DNA of 64,000 nt, taken from the NCBI RefSeq assembly GCF_009914755.1, contig NC_060929.1; one strand, written 5' to 3'. Position 1 is the stretch's first letter, and each line of letters begins with the position of its first letter. Made by a program: the position numbers and the translations under genes. Under the pieces are notes generated by a model. The model saw nothing but the letters and a program-made list of their open reading frames with translations, was not told where the DNA came from and made no database searches. Positions 30,760 to 40,601 of this stretch are shown piece after piece. This stretch comes from the human T2T-CHM13v2.0 reference genome, Homo sapiens.

Positions 30760-32129
30760 TTAAACCAGGGCAAAAATAAATGTAGAGATAAAGGTAGAGA
30801 ATGAAGAAGCCTTCTGAAGTGCCTCCTGGTTGCTTAGTGGAAGACTATGTGGAGGATAGAGACATGGCTGTCAGCAGGGAGGTCTATGTTCTATCATTGT
30901 TTAGGATATTTTAGTAACCAGCCTGCTCTTCTCCTACTCCCACCCCACCCCTGATCCCCTACCCCACCCCCTACCTCCACAGGTGCCTGTGGATGAATGA
31001 GAGTTTGCTGCAGGAAGAAAGAGGTCCCTGAGGTGGGGATAAGCATTTTTAATCACTTTTCTTCTTTTCCCCTATTTGAGAACTCCAAGAGCTGCACATA
31101 TATGCTTACTTCCTTAGAAGAATAGAATTAACCGGCGGGAGTAGAGATACCCCCCACCAACGATGTTGTTAAAGACGTTTCTTTTTGGAAAGGTGCTCTG
31201 GGTCCTGGAAAGGTGCTCTGGGTCATACATCTTGAGTTGTGAGCCTATTGTGACAACAAACTTGAGGATACGGTTTGCTATGTTCAGTCTCAGTGGTACA
31301 TGTCTTCCCCCCTGCTTCCAGTGCTGCACATATGCAGCTGTATGAGGCAAAGCTCCTGCTCCAGCTGTTTGCCAGTGCTTTCCCCTAGGATCTTGGACAA
31401 TAATCAGGACACAATCTGTTGCTCTCTTCCCCTGTCCCAGACACGTGTGCCAATATTACGGCTGGACTCTCCATAGGAGACTTGCCGTTCTTGAATCTGG
31501 CCCGTGCCCTTCAGAAAGCTACAGCGAGTCACTTCCAAGCATCCTAGGCAAGGGAGAGCAGAAAATCTGATGCAGACCATTTTGCTGTTTGCGCTAGGAA
31601 AACAGAAGACACAAAGCTAGTCAAATGAATCAATTCTGAGACAGACAACAGAGTGAGACCCTGGGCTGGGTTATTTTAGAGACACAACTTTTTCCTTGGA
31701 GCTTTTAGCAGAAGAGATTTGAAGATTTTCTTGAATGACTTTGTCTCTCTGGGGGCACTTAGAGAAAGCATTCAACTTCCAGAACCTTCTGCAAAGTAGC
31801 CTTTGTGTCTGAAGGAGGGTGCCTTGCCAATGGCTGGGCTTAGTGATGCCTTCAGGGACCTAGTGTATGGATCTGTGGATCCAACTCATCATGATAACAT
31901 GTGAGGAGGGAAAATGCTTCCATAAGTAGAACCTGCTATCAGTGACTGTACTCTGGCCCTCTGCTTCTATGTGCCTCCTAAACAAATATATTTTCTCTAT
32001 AAATATCATTCACTGTACCAGCTTTGTGTTCAGGACACATTTTCCTGAACCCATTCCCATCTTCCTCTGTACCCTTGCCACCAAATCACTATATTCATGA
32101 AAAGAAGAATCCAGTGGGGAAAAAAAAGA

Positions 32130-32408
32130 TTTTTTTTTTTTTTTTTTTTTTTGACACAGGGTCTTACTCTGTCATCCAGGTTGGAATGCAGTGGTGCCAT
32201 CAGGGCTCACTGCAGCCTCTACCTCCCTGGGCTCAGGTGATCCTCCCTCCTCAGCCTACTGGGTAGCTGGGACCACAGGTGCACACCACCATGCTGACTA
32301 ACTTTTGCATGTTGTCCACAGTAGTCTTGAACTCCTGAGCTCAAGTGATCCACATACCTGGGCCTCCCAAAGTGCTGGGATTACAGACATGAGCCACCAT
32401 TCCTGGCT
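32130..32408 (-). mobile_element. AluJ with an internal deletion
   Basis: Poly(T) followed by antisense Alu sequence. Confidence 0.9.
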
Positions 32409-32731
32409 GAGATCTGGTCTTAACAATGTGGGGTAACTTGTGAGCTGAGGAAATAGTAAAAGCATTTTAGGAACTACCTCTTGTAATTACTCACATTCTA
32501 AAATTTTAAAACAAAAACTGCTACTAGCTGATGCTGTTAGCTAATTGTCAGACAACAGACAAACACACTGCAGCCAGAAAAATCCCCACTGAGTTTGGGC
32601 AGCTGATTTCTCTGGCATCAAATGAAAGCTTTAGCTATTGCCCCTGAGGCCTGGCTGAGCAAGCCCTGCACCCGAGCCCTCCCTCTGTGTGCCCCCCCTT
32701 CCCCACCACTATGGGCCGGAGCGGGTGTTAA

Positions 32732-32750
32732 GTGTGTGTGTGTGTGTGTG
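32732..32750. repeat. (GT)n microsatellite
   Basis: Short uninterrupted GT run. Confidence 0.9.
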
Positions 32751-33399
32751 TTGGGGGGATGGGGGTTGAGAAGAATGCAGGCACCCTAGCTCACAATCTT
32801 AGGCAGCTACACACCCCACTCAGGACACCACACCAGCATGATTCATCCCACACCTCACAGCCAGGGTGAACTCGGCCTCAATGGACAACAATTTGGAGGC
32901 ATTGTTTACAAATTAATTTCCCCCTCTAAATAGGCTGTTATAAGAGTGGACCCTTCTGCTTGCCTAGCCTAGGCCCACCTGTCACTGGGACTTCCTAACC
33001 AGTGGTCACACTGTATTGATCTTTTTAATCCCCTCTCTTTGAAACACAGAGCCAGCTGATGTGGAGTTCCTCAAAAGAAAGACTCTCCCACTGCCCCTAC
33101 CTCAACAGGTAGCTGCGGATCCGGGGCTAATTCCCTACTAAAAAGTCTTAATTGGCTTATGGGGAGCCTGAAAGATCTCCCTTGTGTTTACAAGGTGAAA
33201 GGAATGATAGATCCCAAATGCCCTAGTCTGTCTTTATCCATTTCTTGGTGGAAATCAGGTGCGTTTTATTTTTTAATTGTTTTTGAAACAGGAACAGAGG
33301 CTTTGGAGGTGAGTGGGATAGTGTTTCACTTTAGTGGTTGAGCCAGCAGGGAAAAGCAAGAAAAGCCCCAGAGACACTAATATTAGGCAAGAAACTTGG

Positions 33400-34098
33400 C
33401 GACTTATTTTTAGTTTTTATTTACATGAAGCGTCTGCAGTACAAAAATGTAAACTTTGATAGCTCATAATAGAATAAACTCTTTATGTACAAAAATACAT
33501 TTTCATATGAATGAAGCATCTTGAATAAATTAAAGTACTCTCCAGCCCTGTGCCTGAATAGCTAAGCAAGAGTCTCCAGTTCTTCCTAGAGCGAGTCTGC
33601 AGTGGTGGGGGTCGGGATCCATAATGCATGAAGCCCACTCCTTGTCTCTGCTTTTTAAGCCTTTTCATTGTATTGTCAGCCGGCTCAAACCGAATTTTCA
33701 TGCTCGTTTTTCTTCATTAGAGTTCTACAAATTGTAAAATTGACTTTTCACCTCGTCTTCAGGGGCTGATCTGTCCCTTTTCTAAATCACACTGAAGTGG
33801 TGGCTGGGGTCAGTTCTGAGCCAGTCACAAAGGAGGTTTTGTGGAGTTCAGAAAGTGCAAAAGGAAAGGCCGTCTAGGGGCGGGCAGGAGGGGCGCTGGG
33901 CTGAGGGCCGGAGAAACAGACCAAGAGACATCCGCCGCGAGGGTGCGGCGACCTAACAAGCGGCTCAGGTATCCCCGACTGCTTTAAAGCTCCCGCTTCC
34001 TCCCTCCGCCTGGAGAGGGGGTCCCGAGGCGGCAGCTGGGGCCCCATCTATTGCCTGCTGACTAGGGGAGGAGGAAAGTAACAGTGTCTACAAAGGGC
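33400..34098 (-). other. NEUROG1: NEUROG1 3'UTR (about 700 nt)
   Basis: Lies between the TAG stop and the AATAAA at 33416-33421. It becomes AU-rich distally, with several UGUA motifs. The cleavage position is inferred. Confidence 0.85.
33416..33421 (-). terminator. Polyadenylation signal AATAAA of NEUROG1
   Basis: The + strand reads tttatt. On the minus strand, UGUA motifs lie upstream and U/GU-rich sequence downstream. The implied mRNA is about 1.7 kb. Confidence 0.85.
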
Positions 34099-34812
34099 CT
34101 AGTGGTAAGGAATGAAACAGGGCGTTGTGTGGAGCAAGTCTTTGGGCAGGCTTGGGAAGGAGAAAACAGGGTCGCCGGGGCGGTAGGTGAAGTCTTCGGA
34201 GGCGGCTGGGCTACTGGGGTCAGAGAGCGGGGAGGCGGCGGCGGCACCTGAGCCCCAGGACTCCGCGTCGCTGGCGGGGCTTGGGGGACCGGGCAGGCAG
34301 GGGACGCACTGCGGCGGCAGGAGGCGCTCCCGGGCACCGCCTCCGGGCAGCCCTTGATCCGCCAGGCGCAGTGTCTCGGCCAGAGCCCAGATGTAGTTGT
34401 AGGCGAAGCGCAGCGTCTCGATTTTGGTGAGCTTGGTGTCGTCGGGGAACGAGGGCAGCACGCTGCGCAGTGCGTCCAGGGCCGCGTTCAAGTTGTGCAT
34501 GCGGTTGCGCTCGCGATCGTTGGCCTTGACGCGCCGGCTCCTGCGCAGCGAGTGCAGCAGCGCCTCGGAGCGGACCCGCGTCCGGCCGCGGCGCCGCCGC
34601 CTCTCCTGCTCGTCGTCCTGTGCCCCTGGAACCTCAGACGCCCGGGAGATATTGGGCGCGCCCCTGCGGGCCGGCGCGGGCGGCCCCGAAGCGGAGGCTG
34701 CCTGTTGGAGTCTGGCACAGTCTTCCTCGTCGGTGAGGAAGCCGGATAGGTCACTGCCGCTGCTGCTGGCGCAGTCGAGGTCGGAGATGCAGGTCTCAAG
34801 GCGGGCTGGCAT
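34099..34812 (-). CDS. NEUROG1: Neurogenin-1, atonal-family proneural bHLH transcription factor (237 aa, uninterrupted CDS)
   Basis: [17 protein letters not shown]...PCFIPYH. It has the neurogenin b[55 protein letters not shown] and a Ser/Pro-rich C-terminus. It matches human NEUROG1 as I remember it. Confidence 0.99.
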   Translation of the reverse strand: MPARLETCISDLDCASSSGSDLSGFLTDEEDCARLQQAASASGPPAPARRGAPNISRASEVPGAQDDEQERRRRRGRTRVRSEALLHSLRRSRRVKANDRERNRMHNLNAALDALRSVLPSFPDDTKLTKIETLRFAYNYIWALAETLRLADQGLPGGGARERLLPPQCVPCLPGPPSPASDAESWGSGAAAASPLSDPSSPAASEDFTYRPGDPVFSFPSLPKDLLHTTPCFIPYH

Positions 34813-35075
34813 CGTTGCGCTGTGCAGGACCGACGGACAGATAGAAAGGCGCTCAGAGCGCTGCAGCCCGGACTGAGGGCAGAGCCGCCAGGGCGCACTT
34901 ACGTTCCCAACAGCCTGGGGTTGTTACTCTGTGCCAGTTGCGGGTGCGAGAGCCTGGAAGGGTGCAGGGGCGCACGGAGAACTTGGCCTGGCCTCCTCGC
35001 CTCGCCTGCAGGGGCCACGCGCCCGGCCGGTCTCCTGAGTGATGTCGCCGGCGATCAGATCAGCTCGTGTGAGCA
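34813..35075 (-). other. NEUROG1: NEUROG1 5'UTR (TSS approximate)
   Basis: No upstream ATG. A TATA-like TACTTAAG lies at about 35108-35115 on the minus strand, about 35 nt upstream of the inferred start. Confidence 0.65.
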
Positions 35076-35470
35076 CCGAGTGTGGCACACGACTGGCCTC
35101 AGGACCCCTTAAGTACCCGGCGCAACAATGGGCGCCCCCCTCCCTTGCCACCTCCGCCCCCGCGGCAGCCCGGGTGAATGGAGCGAGGCGGCAGGTCATC
35201 CCCGTGCAGCGCCCGGGTATTTGCATAATTTATGCTCGCGGGAGGCCGCCATCGCCCCTCCCCCAACCCGGAGTGTGCCCGTAATTACCGCCGGCCAATC
35301 GGCGGCGTCGCGCGGCCCCGGGAGTCGGCTCGGGCTAAGCTGGCCAGGGCGTCTCCAGGCAGTGAAACAGAGGCGGGGTCGGCGGGCGATTAGCGGCCGA
35401 GGCACGCTCCTCTTGGGGCGGGCTGGGCGCCCCTCGCTGGGGTGGGACGGGGAGGCGGGGCGCGAGCGCG
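35076..35470 (-). promoter_or_regulatory. NEUROG1 proximal promoter
   Basis: TATA-like element (about 35110), SOX AACAATG (35124-35130), GC boxes (35152-35160 and others), octamer ATTTGCAT (35219-35226), TAATTA (about 35282) and CCAAT (about 35295). Confidence 0.8.
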
Positions 35471-36873
35471 AAAGTGTGAGCCGCCCAGTGAGTTGCGGAA
35501 ACCTGGAGGGTACTTGGAGTTTGGGTTCGCATCCCCTCTCCAGCTGCTTAGTGGTCGCGTGACTTTGGACGAGTAATTTAACTTCCCTGAGCATTGCTTT
35601 CCCCACCTGTAAGATGAGACAAAAGTTTACCCTGTGGAGGATGATCAGATATAATGTTTGTGGAACACTAAATGTGCAGCATCCGCTGAACAGGGTGAAA
35701 ATCATTTTCAAATAGACTGGAGAGTGGCCATGCCAGAGGCACAGGGCGCAGGGCAAGGATAAGTGTCGCTGCTCCGTTCAGGCTGATGAAGAAACGGGAA
35801 AGAATCTGACCTTCATCTGGGGAGTGCGAAGAGGAGAGTGGAAAAGAGGATCGGGTGATTTCCCAGGTTGCCTTGAGTCTTGGTCTCACCCTTCCCTTCT
35901 TTCCCTTCCCTTCTCCACCCTCCTCCGCACCTCTGCCCACAAGTCACCTCAAGATTCTTAATAAGAATTAATAATATGAGAATTTATATAAATAATAATA
36001 TGAGAATATAATTATTAATATGAGAATTTCCTTTTCTTCGGCGTTCCTGAAACCTTGCCTGCCCCATGCCCGGAGAAATCCGTTGCACACCGTCTCTTGG
36101 AGCCCTGCTTGCAGCCTCTGTGGCCCTCTTCAGGGTGAGCCAGCCAGGGGATCCAGCTCCCCTGGCCCGAGAGAGAGCTGGCCCCTGGAGGGCAGCAGGT
36201 GACAGTGGAACCCCTTTCCTCCAAACCCCCTCCCGCCTTCGGTGTCTTAAACTCGCCTATTCCAGCAGGTCTTCCCTCTGCATGTCAGGAGTTACTTTTC
36301 TCTTGTCACCTACACTCACCCAGGAGCCACAGGGGCCCAGACATCACCCAACTTTGTACTTGGAGGATAAATAGTAAGGAACAGCACTCGATTATAGGAT
36401 GAGGGTATTAAAAACAAAATGAGCAGCTTTCAGCAAAGTGCCTGCCCCCCACCTGATATCCAAGTGGTAGCCTCAGGCCGGATGCCTGGCCTGCTGCCAT
36501 GGGAGCCTAGCTGACTCTTTGGGTTGGGGGGGGATTGGCCCCTTTGAGAAAGGGGGCTGTGTAGTGGCAGTTCCCACCTCGACTCACTGACCAGCGCTTG
36601 CCTTCTGGCTCAGGGGACTCTGCCCAGCTGTCCCCTTCCCCGACTGCACCCTGCAGGTACCCCTGATCTCAGTGGAAGGCTAGGACACAGTCATATATAA
36701 GGGCTCGAGATTTATTAGAAGTCACAGAAAGTGGCTTCGACCAGCTCACTCAGGAAAGGGCAGTTGTTGGATGGATACGGGGGCTTCTCAAGAACTCAAG
36801 GGCTTCGAGGACTTGTGTAAACCAGCAGGAGCCCAAGGGTCCTCTCTCTGCCCCCCACCTCTGTTTCTCTCCC

Positions 36874-37337
36874 TGTGTCAGCTTCCTTTCTTTGGACTGC
36901 CACAACAAAATTCCACAAACTAGGGGGTTTAAGGCAACAGAAGTTCATTCTCTTACAGTTCAAGAGGCCAGAAGTCTGTAAGCAAGTTTTTGGCAGGGAT
37001 GGCTCCTTTTCGGAGGCTCTGAGAGAAAATCTGTGACATGCCTCTCTTGCAGCTTCTAGTGGTGGCTCCTGGCCATCTTGGCCATTCATTGATTGGCAGC
37101 TGTGTCACTCCAATCTCTGCCTCCTTTCTTCATGCGGCCTTCCTCTCTGTGTCTTCTCCTTCTCTGTCTCTTGTAAGGACACTTGTCATTTGATTTAGGG
37201 CCCAGCTAATCCAGGATGATTTAATCTTGCAACCCTTGCCTTCATTATATCTGCAAAGATGCTTATTCCAAATAAGGTCCCATTCTGAGATTCTGGGTGG
37301 ACATATCTTATGGAGGCCCACTATTTCAACCCACTAC
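36874..37337 (-). mobile_element. MLT1 solo LTR
   Basis: Same family motifs as 215-665, ending TTCAACCCACTACA. Confidence 0.85.
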
Positions 37338-40300
37338 AACAAATGGTTTTCCAAATTCCTGAATGAGAGAATTGGTTTGGCCAGTGTCACTTTTTTGGCT
37401 GACAGGTACGTGAAGAGCTTTCCTGTTGAGAAATTTGAATGCATGAGAACCCCTTCCCCATTCCTAGCAATTAGGGTGTGGCCAAAAGATTTTAGTACAG
37501 GCAGTTAGCTGCCCCATTTGCAATTTAGGCTCAGAGCTGGTGACAGTCTAGAGTTCACTTGTGTCATGGCAACAACCCGGGAGAGCCAGTGACCAGTGGT
37601 GGAAGAGGTGGCCAGGAACCAGTGGACATCCTGTCTGAACTCTTCCCAGGGCCAGCCCTTGTTCCATCTGTTTTTTGAGCCTGGTTCTCCAGCCTTCCCA
37701 CTGATTGCATGAGCCCTCCCATAGCGGGCCTTTCGTTAGTGGGGCTTTTCTGCTTCAGATAGCCAGGATTAGTGTCTGCGGTTTCATAAATAAAACACCA
37801 AGTTAAATCCTCAGGTTGCTGAAGCATAGAGAATTATCCTTGTATTATTTTGAAGTAATCCATTGGCTATGTTGATTGCCTGTGCTGGGCCAGGCACTGT
37901 GCTGGACACTGGGGTGACAGGGGTGATAAACTTGGCTGATGGGTATCATGGGCTCTGAGTCTTGCAAGCCAGGGTTCAGTGCCAGCAGAACCTTTGGAAA
38001 TTATTCATCTATCCACTGCACCTCATACATGGGAAACTGAGGTGGGAGATGGGGAGGTCTTTTTTCCAGGTTACCCCAGGGATCGCTGGTGGTCAAACTA
38101 GGCCAGACTCAAGAGTCCTTTCAGGCCCTACTCTATGTTCTTCCATCATAGTCAATCAACAAATATACATGGAGAACCTACTGCATGCTGCCCTGTGTCA
38201 GGTGCTCTGTGGAGTGTGAAGCAGGCCTATAGTCCTAAAGGAGAGGAGATGTAGCATTAGGACTAGAGAGGTGTCGAGGGCCTATTAAGGGAGCAGATCT
38301 GAAGAGCATTGTGCACCTCCCAAAGGGAAGGCTTCTTGGCAGAGGGGGGACTCGCGAAGGCCTTGAAGGATGGGTGGGATGCGAATAGACAATTTAAGGA
38401 AAGAGAGGACTGGGGGTTACTATAGTGGCTATGTGGGTGCTGGTCTGGAGGATAGGGCTTCTGGGTGAACCCAGTGGAAAGAGGGTAAGGGGGCAGTTAT
38501 GGTGGCCCTTGAATGGCCAGGGCAGCCTTCCTTGTTCCATTCCATCTCCTCCTCTTGCTTCTTTCTCTGAGCAGGGCTGTTAAAATTGTTCTAGTCATTC
38601 ACTGTACAAGGACATCTGGTAGAGGGGGCAAGTAAGGGCTGAAATCTAGCCTCTCTACCACCCGCCAAACCATGCACCCTGACATGGGCTACACCTGTTC
38701 AGAGAGGGCACCTTGTCAAATATGTCCAGACGCACCTTATGAGCTAGCAGTAGGTCTGTGCCTTCTCCTGCCATGCTTCACTCCCTTTCCTGAACCTTAG
38801 AGAGCTGAGCAGGCAAGCATCCAAGCCTTGCCCTGCCTGCTCCTGGCTCTTGGGCAGGGCATGTTGTGGCTCCTTCTTGGCTGTTAGTGCCTACCCCTTG
38901 TGCTTTTTATAAGTGCATCTGCAGGGGGCCCTCCTATAAGTGATCTACTGAGGATGGAACTGAGCCCTGGCAGGATGAGAATGAACGGGCAGCTTAAGAG
39001 GCCCAGAGCCTCTCCTCAAGAGAAAAAGGCCAGGCCACAGTTAGAAGGATGTGCATGCTTGCCAGGGAAGATGAAAGTTTCTCCTGCCCCTCGAAGCCTT
39101 CTAAGCATAGTACCTGAGTGTACCCTCATTCTCAGAGTATAATAGAAGGTGATGTGGGCATGTAATAAATCCAACCACAGCAGGCGCTGCTATGGTGAGC
39201 ACCATACCAGGTGTTCTGCCTGATGTGTGGACATCCAGCTGCCAATCTGCTGGGGGGCAGGGGAGGGTAGCCAGATGTTCCAAGGTGGGGCAGATGTTCC
39301 AAGGGACTAAGGATTAAGCTGGAGCTTCTTACACTGTGGTTACCTGGGGTAGTAGTGATGGTGGGGGTCCCCACCCCGTACCCCTGGAATCAGAATCTCT
39401 GGAGCACATGCTAAAGTCACTATTGACTGATACCTAGAGCCAATTTATTCACACTAGAATCGATATTTTGCATTAGCAACCACCCTCCTATCCTGTGCTT
39501 GCCTCAGCTCTTGAAGCAGGTCAAGTACATTTATGTGACAGCTAAGATGAGCTCTAAGGGCATACCTGTTCCAGGCAGCCCTAGGGATCTGACTCAAGAC
39601 TCTGGTGGGACCAGCAGGGATGTGATTTTACTTCATCATCAAGAAGGCCTTTCTGGCATCGACACACTGATGAAGAAACAGCTTTCTTGAGAGGTGAGAG
39701 GGAGGGACTCTCAGGGTGCAGCAAGGTGTTGGATGCTTCCAGGGTCTTGAGAGACTTGGTTTATTATTATTTTTTAAATAAAGGCCAAAATAGGGGAGAA
39801 ATGGTGGTAAATTATAAAAGTTTACATATAATAAATCAATGTGGTTAACAAATAAAAATATAAAGGAGTCTGTGCTGTTCACAAGGCAATTTCAGGATTT
39901 TAAAGTGACCATCAAATTATAGTGCCTGTAGGCATAGAGATCCAGGGATGGATCCAGATTGGAATTTGTGACGGAGCATCTTCCTCTACCCTGTCAGTGT
40001 CTCAGTGACCATGTGTATGTCCTCGTTTGGAGTTAGAGTCCATAGCCTTCCAGCCCTTTTGTAAAAGCAAGGTTGAGCCAAATAGCCTCTCTGCTGGTTA
40101 TCAGAAACACTTCAACCTGGGGTTAAGAGATGCTGTAACAGGAACTGGACTGGAAGGTTAGTGTCCTGTAATAACAAGTACTGAGATGATAATCTGAAGG
40201 GGCTGAGGGGAAGGGGACACTATCACATTTCATACTTTCCTTGCTAAATTGTTTTAGCTCAGATTGATTATTCTCCATCCCCTCCAGTTGGTTAGATAGA

Positions 40301-40547
40301 ATATTAATTTCAAGAGTGCTGTGGCACTTCCATGTAGACCTGAGTTTTGTGGGGTTTCAAAGCAAAGTTGTTTTGTTTTTTACAGTACACATGAACTTGC
40401 AGATGCAGCTTATGACAGGAGACGGGAATGTTGTGGGCACCTTACTCAGCCACTCACGTATTGGGGACAGGGCAGTCAATGCACTGCACCGAGTTTGTAA
40501 GGCCACTGGGCAATGCTGATATCTACAGCGGCATCCTTGTTGGGGAA

Positions 40548-40601
40548 TTTTACACAAAGTGAAGTTGTGGAGAGTTTTACACAAAGTGAAGTTGTGGAGA
40601 G
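40548..40601. repeat. Perfect 27-bp tandem duplication
   Basis: Two copies of TTTTACACAAAGTGAAGTTGTGGAGAG. Confidence 0.95.

Larger units (their letters stand above)
33860..35570. promoter_or_regulatory. CpG island 1, covering the NEUROG1 gene body and promoter
   Basis: Very high GC and CpG density against CpG-depleted flanks. Confidence 0.95.

Noticed and set aside
34823-34843. RE1/REST-like TGCAGGACCGACGGACAG in the 5'UTR
   Set aside because: The left half is mismatched and the spacer is non-canonical (3 nt). It is better explained as the complement of the pyrimidine tract.
34354-35756. Antisense and promoter-spanning ORFs of 80-186 aa
   Set aside because: Shadow frames of a GC-rich CDS and CGI, many with non-ATG starts and no homology I recognise.
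40548-40601. Direct repeats considered as a CRISPR-like array
   Set aside because: Only two adjacent copies with no spacers, in a mammalian genome.
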